DNA of 64,000 nt from Phallusia mammillata (Eukaryota): assembly GCA_965637545.1 (NCBI GenBank), contig OZ281495.1, forward strand, positions 24,242,001 to 24,306,000. The letters are read 5' to 3'. Position 1 is the stretch's first letter, and every line of letters starts with the position of its first letter. The position numbers were made by a program, and so were the translations under genes. Below are positions 1-10,288 of the stretch, piece by piece. The notes below the pieces were generated by a model, which was given only the letters and a program-made list of their open reading frames with translations, made no database searches and had not been told where the DNA came from.

Positions 1-19
1 CCACCCGGCATTTAGCAAA

Positions 20-1174
20 ATGTATTTGGGTCCAAATCTTTCACAAAATGGTAAAACCTATGGGGCATCAAGTGCAGTTCCGAAGCCACCCAAGGCCCCA
101 GAAAAACCTTTAATGCCGTACATGAGATACAGCAGAAAAGTGTGGGATGATGTAAAAGCCCATCAACCGGACCTTAAACTTTGGGAAATAGGCAAAATCA
201 TTGGCAAGATGTGGAGAGAGTTACAGGCTAGCGACAAGCAGCTTTACATTGATGAGTATGAAGCAGAAAAACTGGAATATCAAGAACAAATGAAGTCCTA
301 CCACAACTCTCCAGCTTATCAAATTTTTCTGCAAGCAAAGAGCCGGGCTGAAGCAGAAGCTGCTGCTGAAAGTCGTGCCACTGTAACTGAGGAGTCTTGC
401 ATGAGCATTGAACCTATTGATGATGTCAGTGGTGATGATGAAGGTTACTCAGTAAAGCACATTGCTGCTGCTCGCTTCCAAAGAAACCATCGACTTATGC
501 AAGATGTTCTCGCTGATTCATCTGTTATTCCAAGTGGAAGAGGAATTGTTACTGAGCAAAGACTTAGTGTACTTAAGAATCAAGTCTTGTCATTGGAAAA
601 GCACCAGACAAAGCTGCAAAGTGAACTGCTGAATATTGAAAAGAATCATGCTAATACCAAGCGCAAGTGGAAAGATCAAGCCAATGACTTTGTTGTTGAG
701 ATGAAGCGACTTAGGGGCATGACACCCCAAGAATATTACCTTGAGTACAAGAAAAAGCAGAAACAGATCCAGCAGCAGCAACAGCAATTGAAGGCTGCTT
801 CGAAGGAATCACAAGCAGAGGATAGTGAAGCACCTAAAACCAATGAGGAACCTGAACCAAAAAGCAACGAAAAATCCAAGGGTGATCCAAATGAGGAAGT
901 ACAGGATAAGCCAGAAAAACAATCCGAGATTATGGAGATTAATAACTCAGATAATAACTCTATGACAGCACAAACAAACAATGAAAGTGACCAGAAAGAT
1001 GCCATTAGTGAGTCAGAAAACAATGATAAAACCAAAGATGATTCAGTGGCAAATCATGAAAATAATGACAAAGACATGGCTGACAATTGTGCAGTAGAAC
1101 AGGATCCACCTAATGATAAAGGTGAAAAAGAACCAAAGCAAACTGATGACGATCATAAACAAAATAGTGAATAA
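20..1174 (+). CDS. SMARCE1: SWI/SNF subunit BAF57/SMARCE1 (HMG box + coiled coil, acidic tail); intronless in window, probably 5'-partial
   Basis: PKPPKAPEKPLMPYMRYSRKVWDDVKAHQPDLKLWEIGKIIGKMW...YHNSPAY and NHRLM match the BAF57 HMG and NHRLI regions. The frame is open back to position 2 (HPAFSK), so the true start may lie upstream of the window. Confidence 0.95.
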   Translation: MYLGPNLSQNGKTYGASSAVPKPPKAPEKPLMPYMRYSRKVWDDVKAHQPDLKLWEIGKIIGKMWRELQASDKQLYIDEYEAEKLEYQEQMKSYHNSPAYQIFLQAKSRAEAEAAAESRATVTEESCMSIEPIDDVSGDDEGYSVKHIAAARFQRNHRLMQDVLADSSVIPSGRGIVTEQRLSVLKNQVLSLEKHQTKLQSELLNIEKNHANTKRKWKDQANDFVVEMKRLRGMTPQEYYLEYKKKQKQIQQQQQQLKAASKESQAEDSEAPKTNEEPEPKSNEKSKGDPNEEVQDKPEKQSEIMEINNSDNNSMTAQTNNESDQKDAISESENNDKTKDDSVANHENNDKDMADNCAVEQDPPNDKGEKEPKQTDDDHKQNSE

Positions 1175-1530
1175 CTGCCTGGCACTTATTGCCACCATTT
1201 TTTGCAATCATCAGACAATGTTTATTCGTGTATTTTGTTGGATCATTGAAAAATGGTACTTAATTTGAAAAGCAACTCAAACTTTCAAATGATTGTGCTT
1301 TCATAGCAACATATAGAAACTTTTAACATTAATTTCTCTACATGGCATGTTGCCATAATTGGTCAACAGTAAAATATCACACATGAAATGTGCTTTGGCT
1401 ACTATAAATTTTTTTGTCTTGCTGGGATTCCTTCTTTACTTTGTACAATATTGTTGCTGCTCTGTGTTTTGTTAAATCCACATGCAAAACTTAATGTTTT
1501 TCTTTATTATCCAGGTGTTCAATTAGGAGT

Positions 1531-2844
1531 ATGGATAAGGGTTTCTTAGTCTTAACTGGCATTGAAGAAATAACTGACAGAATCCTTTCATATTTGCCAA
1601 TTGTTGATTTGCTGGGAAAGCGGCAAGTATGTACAATTTGGAAACAAGTTGTTGACAAAATTGTTGCCCGACGGGAGAAGAAAACATTTGTGCATTACAA
1701 TGTTATTGAGACCAATAGTGCACAAGCATCGAAATGTGAACGCTCAGATGGGGAGTTTTACAGCACATTTCAAAACAAATATGGCCGATTGGTAAAACGG
1801 GTGAAATATGAATGCAATAATTTTGCTCCTGAGCATCGGCAAATGATAGACCGCTTCCTGAAATGGCGTGCAACATGGACTAATTTTCCTCGAATCATTT
1901 TTGTTGTTCACCGATTAAACCAAGTTACAGACAAGGAATGCCTACAAAACTTTAAACACCTTAATGAGGTGATGGTGCGATACATACCTTCATCATGCAC
2001 ACTTGTCATGTTAAAAGGTGCCATGTGTTGTCCTGGTAGTGAGCTTAATACTTGCTTAAGAAATGAAACTTTACTGTTTTCTTCTGTGGTTGAGTCATCT
2101 GTGGATGTTCTTGCTTGGCAATCGATGGGGACAGCTAAAGAAAGAAGTGGACTTGCCGAAGCTTTGCAAACATTTCTAAAGAAACAGACTGATTTGAAAG
2201 CATTCATATTTTATTACCGCCTAACCTCTCAGCATGTGATTGCTCGTTGGATTCGCTCAATGGTCTGTCCTCTTTTGGAAACCTATGCTTTGCGACATAA
2301 CAATGCAGTTGTCATGGGTTGTTCACTTGAAGGAGGCATACAGCACTCACAGCTGTGCTCCAACGTATTTGTGAAGCTGGCGGGTAGCACCTTTTCAGGG
2401 GCAAAGTGCTCTAGTGCAGCCCGCAACATACAAAAATCAGGTGCCTTCCTTGCCATTGCAATTAGTGGGAAATCTGCTTTTTCCTCATCAGTTCTTCTTG
2501 ATCACAACTGTAATTCTGTTTCTGACCTTACTTATAAACTGCAACAACTTAAAAAGTCCATTCCTGCACACATTCAGTTTAAGCCTAATCAGAACAATGC
2601 ATTTGCGTTCATGGTGTCATGTGTCGGGCGTATGCATGACTTTGAGTGGTACAATGACTACAGTGGTGGTGATTATGGGTTTATTGAACGCAAAGCTTTT
2701 GAAAAAGCCATCCCTAATGTCCCTTTGATTACCACACATGGGTTTGGTGAGGTTGGGGGTGACTTTAACTTGGAACCAAAACCATACAGTCAAGTAAACT
2801 TGATGCACTACCATTCAACTATTTTTGCCTTGGTTGTGTTGTAA
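1531..2844 (+). CDS. FBXO22: F-box protein with C-terminal FIST_C domain (FBXO22-like), intronless
   Basis: N-terminal F-box (IEEITDRILSYLPIVDLLGKRQVCTIWKQVV). C-terminus SCVGR...AFEKAIPNVPLITTHGFGEVG...HYHSTIFALV parallels the FBXO22 C-terminus. Pyrimidine tract + AG at 1513-1514 just before the ATG. Confidence 0.85.
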   Translation: MDKGFLVLTGIEEITDRILSYLPIVDLLGKRQVCTIWKQVVDKIVARREKKTFVHYNVIETNSAQASKCERSDGEFYSTFQNKYGRLVKRVKYECNNFAPEHRQMIDRFLKWRATWTNFPRIIFVVHRLNQVTDKECLQNFKHLNEVMVRYIPSSCTLVMLKGAMCCPGSELNTCLRNETLLFSSVVESSVDVLAWQSMGTAKERSGLAEALQTFLKKQTDLKAFIFYYRLTSQHVIARWIRSMVCPLLETYALRHNNAVVMGCSLEGGIQHSQLCSNVFVKLAGSTFSGAKCSSAARNIQKSGAFLAIAISGKSAFSSSVLLDHNCNSVSDLTYKLQQLKKSIPAHIQFKPNQNNAFAFMVSCVGRMHDFEWYNDYSGGDYGFIERKAFEKAIPNVPLITTHGFGEVGGDFNLEPKPYSQVNLMHYHSTIFALVVL

Positions 2845-3318
2845 ATGATTTTATTTTCATTGCATGATTTTTTGTTATGTTTAAGTTGTTTGTTTTAACA
2901 TAAATTGTGTTTGAATTAGTTCTGAAACAAAATAAGTTCTATAGAAGTGTTAAAAAACATTAAAAAACTTTATTTGTGCAAACACATTTTTTGTGACCAT
3001 AAGCACTGTACACATATATATAATGCTTTCTTGTATTTTTTTGTAAAATTATGTTTAAACCTATATAACATTGTGCTTTATAGACCTTACTGCCGTATTA
3101 CTTTTCCTTCTCCTCAGTTTAATTATCTTTATTTGCAAATTGTCTTTATGATTATTTTTTCCACCAGCATATAAAGCTGTTAATCAAATATGTTTGTGTG
3201 CTTTTCATAGTCTGACAGTGGTTTGATCATTTGTATTGCAATATTTGCCCACTGCAGAAAATAGGATGTTTCTTATTTAAGTTACTTGAAAGTGTTCTGC
3301 CTGAAGCACCTAATATAA

Positions 3319-5238
3319 ATGGATGATGGCAGTTTGTGTCTTTTCCGTGACATAAAAAAAATCAGGGACAGTCTTGACAAACGTGTAAACACCAAATTTA
3401 GTGTACCCAAGGTAGAGTACAATTAAGTTTATTTTTGTCAGTAAATAAATGACATTGTGATAAAAGTGTTTCATTAAATAAGTGAAAATGGGGTACAGCT
3501 TTGCAAGTCTGCAGTTGTTTATGTCAGATGCCGACTAAGTTAGAAGAAAGTCCCCAGGCAGAAACAAGTGATGAAAACTGCTCGAAAAAGGATACATTTG
3601 ATGCTGAAAGCACAGAAACCTATGATTTGGGTAAGCTACAGGATATTTATCACCAAAGAAGTTGTGACATTGTTATGTGTACAAGCAACATCATTTAGTT
3701 GGTTATTGCCAATATATTACTTTAGCTCCTTGCATCAGCACAAAAAAAATAATATTTTCAGATCATGATTCTTCATCAAGTGAATCTTCAATTGAACTGG
3801 CCCGAGATATAAGTTTTCAACCAGGTATAATACTTATATATATATGTGTATATAATACTTATAATGTATACTATTCTTTCCACAATTTTATGATACAATA
3901 TTTTAATGTTATTGCAGAAAATATACCACTACCACATACAGACACTGACAAACAATGGAGAGGTTGTTACAATTCCACATTAAATGAGGAACTTTATTCT
4001 GCCCCGATTTCCAAATTCAAGGATCCTGAAATGAACTTAATTTCTCCTATTGCAGGCAAGCACAATTTTGGATTTCTTTACAACAATTTGACATATATAA
4101 CAACACTTCATAACATTTAATTTTTTGAAAATTCAGGCTGTTCAGAGTACCCAAAACTGACATCTCCAATTATAGAACGAAATATAAATTCCAAACTAGA
4201 ACTAAATGAAAAGTTTAAGGTAAGTGCCCCATGTATTGTAAGATGGAAATTTCTTTTGTTTACACAAGAGTTTTGCAGGGTTGCACCCCTCCTCATGTTT
4301 TTCACAAGCTTTCTGAGTTACGAAAGTTGACCAAAATTAATGAACAAAGTAAGTATACTTACTACTACCAACATACACTTGCTTAAGATGTAGTTGGGAA
4401 AAAGTATGAAGCTTTTGTAATTTGAATACTATGTTGGTACCAGTAACAGGATTTACTTGTTTGGTGCCACCTGGTTTGTTTTTAAAACATCCATAACTGT
4501 TTTATCATGATTGTTTTTAGAAGAAGATGAGCTTGACATTGAGTGGATTCCAAAGCCAAGTAAGTATGATTACGGTAACAATTTAGCCTATGTTTATATA
4601 GTGTTGTTTGCTGTACCTTGTCTGTTTCAGAGAGTTATTGTAATGATGGCTGTGATCCAAGTTGGCTTGAGCCTGAAGACGCATTGTCGCTAAAAGCACC
4701 ATTAAAATGTCTGCCACCCAGGACATACACACCCGCGAGGAAAAAGATGGTAGAAAAAGACATTTTGTGTATAGCTGCTAAGCTATAAAATTATTAACAG
4801 GAATTTATGACCAAAAACAATTTTCACAGGCCCCACAACGACTCTCGCTTCCTATGCAATCTCACAAACGGCTAATTCGTTCAAGCAGTCCCAATACTGT
4901 TTGCCTCACAAAAGCAAAGCGAATGCTCATGGACGCGGTAATTTTGCTGTGTATCGCAAGCTTGTAAAGTTCGACTGACAAGTATTGTTGTCCAGATCGA
5001 TCTGTCCTCTATATCTAACGTGCATTCCGAAGAGGACAGCAGCGTCGAACTCGTGCCACGGCAAGATACGCCAGGGACCGTTAACAGCGATGAGATTGCC
5101 GCAGTTGATCTTAGTGACTTGGTTAGCGACCTAGGTAAAAATCTACTGAATAATTTCTACGTAAATTGTGCAAATTTAAAAATTGGACAAATCATGAATC
5201 CTTTAAAATACATTCCGCCAGACGACGTAACAGAGTAG
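3319..5238 (+). CDS. Uncharacterised ~323-aa Ser/Glu/Asp-rich protein, 11 exons
   Basis: Exons 3319-3411, 3528-3630, 3762-3824, 3918-4055, 4137-4219, 4279-4348, 4521-4559, 4631-4749, 4830-4937, 4996-5134, 5222-5238 join in frame (972 nt, MDDGSLCLFRDIKK...DLSDLVSDLDDVTE*). Donors are GT, except a GC donor (AG|GCAAGC) at 4056. Confidence 0.75.
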
Positions 5239-6229
5239 CCAGTAAAATAGATGGAACGCACAGCAGAATATCGTCACTTCAAAGCTAAATATAGTGGTGA
5301 ATTGGTGATATACTACGATAATATATTTAGATTTATGGCTCAAATTACAAAAATATCTTGTTCCAAACGTTGTTTCGTTTTTCACGAACTCTTTCGGAAA
5401 GCGTAATACGCTTACATTAAAAATATGGTAGTGACCCCCTCCAGATTTTGCAAATGTTATTTTGAAACGAAACTCTTAAAGAATCCACCTTTGATTTTTA
5501 CATTTCAATATGTTTGTACAAGTTTGTGCCGTGTGTAGGCCTATGTCCTTGTGTCTGTCTATTTGTTTAGCCTTGGGAACTGCATGTTACTACATTTAAA
5601 GCTGCTCGCTTAAGTTTTAATGTTTTTTAGACAGCCAACAGAGTTCGGAAATAAAATCCCCAATTCAAAAATCGTCCAACTTGCAGGTTTGCCGATTGCC
5701 CTACTATTTGTACTGGTATGTAACTTGATTTTGCACACGACATGTTCTTATAGATTCGTCGAGACCCGATAAGTCTACTGCCATCGCCCGCTGGAGACCC
5801 GCCGCGTATTGTAAAAGTTGGACGAAAATTACGGCATTTATATTATCAAAAAGGTATTTTGTGTCATGCGACAAAGCGATAATTTGGTTGAAACAAAATG
5901 AAATACAGTATAGGCTACATTGTACAAGTTAACAGTTTTCTGCTTTATTTTAATCATGAACAAAGTGGCCACACACCCATTGTGTAGCTTCGTTTTCTGT
6001 TTTAACATACTCATTTTTTGTTCTTTCAGACATATTGGAGAGTTGAATCCTTGCAAAACCATCGGTTACTATTGATAAAATTTTCTTGTTCTTCTGCCAA
6101 TCTCCGTTGCAGTGTTGCCGTTACGTTGCCTTGTTTGTTCATTTATTTATTTATTTGAAATCAACATTATAATACACATTATTTTTGAACTGCCATTTTA
6201 TTTCACGAAAGTCTCAGCAAATTTTAGAC

Positions 6230-6446
6230 CAGTGGTTCTTAACCTTTTTTCATTGCTGCACCCCTTTCAAATCACCAACCAATTTTCGCACCCCCTTTGA
6301 AATCACTAACCAATTTTCGCTCCCCCTTCTGTAATTGCCTAAATAGAATAGACCTGACCAACCTTAATGATTCAGCATCTCCGCACCCCCTAGGAACAGT
6401 TCTCGCACCCCTTGGGGGTGCGTGCACCCCAGGTTAAGAACCCCTG
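6230..6446. mobile_element. hAT-type MITE
   Basis: TIRs CAGTGGTTCTTAACC / GGTTAAGAACCCCTG; perfect 8-bp TSD TTTTAGAC on both sides; internal ~31-bp tandem duplication. Confidence 0.9.
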
Positions 6447-6463
6447 TTTTAGACTGTCTTGAG

Positions 6464-7048
6464 CAGGGGTGGGGAACCTTTTTGTTTGTGAAGGCCGCCA
6501 AACGGTTTATCGACACACGTTTAGGCCGCACAGACTATTGGCCAGGCCAAGGACAGTGTGTTCAAACTTTTTGACTTACAAACTGGTCGATGTGCTATCA
6601 AACTTGCGGTCCAAGCTAAATAAAATTTCTCACTAAATTTCCACCCTCATTGCAACATTCGGGATTTTATTAATGTAGAAACTCGCTTGTTTAACAATAT
6701 TAATCTCTGCAGCTTGTGACATCACAGACGAGTTTAAGACATTCGATTATACGCAAACAATTGTTCTTTACAACACATGTAAGATTGTAGAACCTGGGTC
6801 TCTTGGCAGACCTACGGAAATCGCTTTGTGTACCAGTACGCAACCACTTGGCTCTAGTTTGAAAACAGCTGCCCTAGAACCAATCAAATAGTAATGTGGA
6901 ATAAAGGTAAAAATACGTTTCTGTCTAGTTTTTGTGCCTGGTGCAGTGTATATTATCAACATCCTAAATTGTATTTTGACATCGAAGGCCGCACCTATTG
7001 CACTAAAAGGCCGCATGCGGCCTTTAGGCCGCAGGTTCCCCACCCCTG
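6464..7048. mobile_element. hAT (Charlie/Buster-like) MITE
   Basis: TIRs CAGGGGTGGGGAACC / GGTTCCCCACCCCTG; perfect 8-bp TSD GTCTTGAG; repeated subterminal GGCCGC motifs. Confidence 0.9.
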
Positions 7049-7369
7049 GTCTTGAGGATGCAGCTCAATAAAGTTGATAGAGATTGCTTCAGAGTACTCA
7101 ATACCCATTATTACATCATAATTTGATTTTGTTCAAGTGTACCAGGTTTATGACGTAACAATTTATATGTTCAACACGCCAAAACTTTTCAAGTTTGGTG
7201 CTGCAGCCTGCACTTATGGTAACAGTACAGTAGTAGTGTAGATTATTTGATTCTGCAGAACCGATCATTTTTGAAGTTTAGTTTTATCTTGTATAGTAAT
7301 CGTTCTATACCCTTTTGTTGTATATTTAAGTTTTGAGATTTTCTTCATATTATGGATGATAAATGATAC

Positions 7370-7654
7370 TGTGGGGGGCGGCCGTTAGTTTGTTGCATCA
7401 TGTGGCCCGTTGCGTCTGTGGAGCCAAAGCACAGAGTGTCGTGGGTCGTGACTCCAGAACGAAGAGTGTCTAGAGTATTTAGACTCCGGAGTTTAGAGTG
7501 TTTTATTGAACGAAACGCAAAACCTTATATAGCACAAAACACGTGGTACGAAATTCAGCAGGGAACACTAAATCACATTTGCAGGCGCACGGGTGGAAAC
7601 ACAAGCTTCCTGACTCCGTAACAAAGGGAAATTGCGACGGCCTAATCCCCAACA
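7370..7654 (-). mobile_element. Probable solo LTR
   Basis: Ends TGTGGGG...CCCCAACA. On the - strand TATATAA (7525-7531) is followed by AATAAA (7502-7507). GC-richer than flanks. No clean TSD found. Confidence 0.55.
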
Positions 7655-10288
7655 CACAAACACGAAATTTAGGACACATAGAAATACGCTATACGTTTAA
7701 ATGACTTGGGTAATTTTAGAAGTTTATGATTTTAAATGTAATGCTTTCGCATGACAACCGCTACAATACACTATAATGCTAACACTACAGGAAACTTCCA
7801 AATGGCACACAAGAAAAAGGACATTAATGGGTTACGACTTTACGTGAAAGATATTAAATAAACTAGGCGCCTGACCTTTTGTGAACCCTATATGTCAAGA
7901 CCTACAGGACGATCGTCAATAAAAGGCCGGAAGTAAAAAAAACTGTTCTTCATTCGGATAAACAACTTTCCGACGCCGCTTACGGATACAAAACGGATTT
8001 CAAGGAGGTAAACAGTTCAATTTAATGACCACAGCAACTGCTAAGACTGTCGACGTTTATTGATTTTTGTGTTTTACTGACTGTTTCTCCCACCTAATTG
8101 ATGCTAATTCAACTTAAATCCCTGGGGTATGTAGGCAAATTGTAGCGCAGTTTAATGCCTGATAACTACGAACATTGAAGCAATGTTAGCAACAAATCAA
8201 TGCGGCTTTTTAGTTTTTACCAAACAATACCACTATGGGAAAAATCACTGCGGTATTACGTAACAATCGAACGTCCAGGAGCAAATTAGGCGACGAATTC
8301 TAGCTTGCATGCCCATTTCTCCTTTTCGCACTTCGTAATAAACCCCAATGCAGGAACGAAATGCTGCAAATTTAATGGCTACTTGGTGTATAGTTAACAA
8401 AACTCAATACTGAATATTAGCACAAGAATTCTCTAATGTGCGAAAAAATGGTGTGGGGTTTTGTTTAAATCGACAATAAGGCTTTTGCAGGAAAAACTAT
8501 CAATTGCCGCGTTTTTGTTTAAACGTCGTATTTTTCAAATCGGGTATAATTTTACTGTAAAACCAACTTAACAATTATTACAAATAACAACATCATAACA
8601 ACCTTACATGCACAATGTTTTGACCAGTGAAACAACTATTTTCTGTTTTTCGAGTGGTCATACCAAATGGGTAGCAAACCGGGTACTCTTTGCACAACTC
8701 GCATTACTCACGATAAAACCGTGCTCTCCACAAACAAATAAATGTCCTGCCGTAAAAGTTTCACTGAAGATTACATTGTTTGCCTATTGTTGAGGTTACC
8801 CGTTTTAGGTCAGCTAACAGCTTCTTGATAAGACAGGTATTCTTTAAAGACACCACTGTTTTTGTCGCAATCTGTCTGTTATATATTCGTTTCAGTTTTC
8901 TGATAAGTAACGTATGCACAACTGTTACGACTAAGTTGGCAGAATTTTTACAGTTTGGGATATTGTATAGGTATTTTGTGCAGGTTTTTGAACGTACAGT
9001 TTATTGATGTTTTTGCAGTGTATTATCAGTTTGGTTTGTTTGTTTTGTATCGGCGCATAACAATGTGGATTTCTGATTAGATTTTTTAAAGTATAGTCGT
9101 TGTTTGCATGTGCGAGTTAATTACCGTTCTGGTGTCAAATCTGTTTGCAGTGTCGCCAGGTTAGGGTCAGACTAGTAAAACACAGCGACATATGTCTGTT
9201 TAAGGGCGCGTCGTTGGCAACAGGCTTCTATAATACCGAGTCTATTTTTAGTAACCGTTCAACATCCAACCTATAATGCCGCAGTGCACTGGTTTTCAAA
9301 CCTTTTTTATTCCTTGACTCAATATTTAGTAAAAATCAGTTTGTGGGTCATTGTAGCTAGTAAATTCTGAAAATCTTTATAATAGTTCAGCCACAGGCGA
9401 TTATGGTAGCTTTTATTACAGAACCATTCAAATAGCTCTGCAGTGGTTCACCAAAATGTTTTCATGGCCAACAGTTTTCTAGGCCTTTCGTGTAATAAAT
9501 GCGGGCCCATTAACCGATGGTCGGTGCAGCAATAAAACTCTCATCTGTCAAACGGAAATATCACATCTACGATTGTCGTCTCATCGCATCATCGATTATC
9601 TTTAATTTCGTCCAAGCAACTAGTATTAAAACCCGACACTGGATATTGCTAGTCTTTACGATATTTCACCCCACAAGCCTTGATTATTATACGTAGTCAC
9701 GTATTGGTGCGTGGCCAGCTGATTGCTGACGTTTTTTAACCAATACATCAACTGCAAACGGTGCAGGTGACGATCGGCACGTATATTCGGTTCTATTCGC
9801 GTACTATTGAATTGATTACGGCTTTAGGAACAGTGGAATAGTATATGAAACTGGTCACAGACTAGATGGTGCAGTTGAAAGGTTAAAGTAATTTAATTTA
9901 GTTTGGTTGAAGTGCGTACGCAGTACAGAGAAAGGATTTGGGGAATGACGTTGTTCCTGTTTCGCGACAGATGTTGAATTTGGTTATTCCAGTTCATTGC
10001 CGCATTTATTCGAACGCTAACAGGTTTATTGTGCCACATTTAAACGCACCAGATTGAATAATTGATATATGTGCAGACAAAACACCTGACAGTTTTGTTG
10101 TTTTAAATTCAACGCGGATCGACAGATATCTGTTATTCGTCGAGTGATGTCCTGCTTAAATGCATCTGTGATTGGTTAACTGAAAATTACTTTCTGGTTG
10201 TTCTTATATCCTATTTGAGCGGCAATTGGCTGCCACAAGTGTACAGGATCTATTGCTTTTAGCGAAGACACAAATCCTGCATCCCAAG

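Noticed and set aside
590-1035. Antisense ORFs over SMARCE1, and similar shadow ORFs over FBXO22, NOS and SLC43
   Set aside because: Reverse-frame or off-frame shadows of real coding exons.
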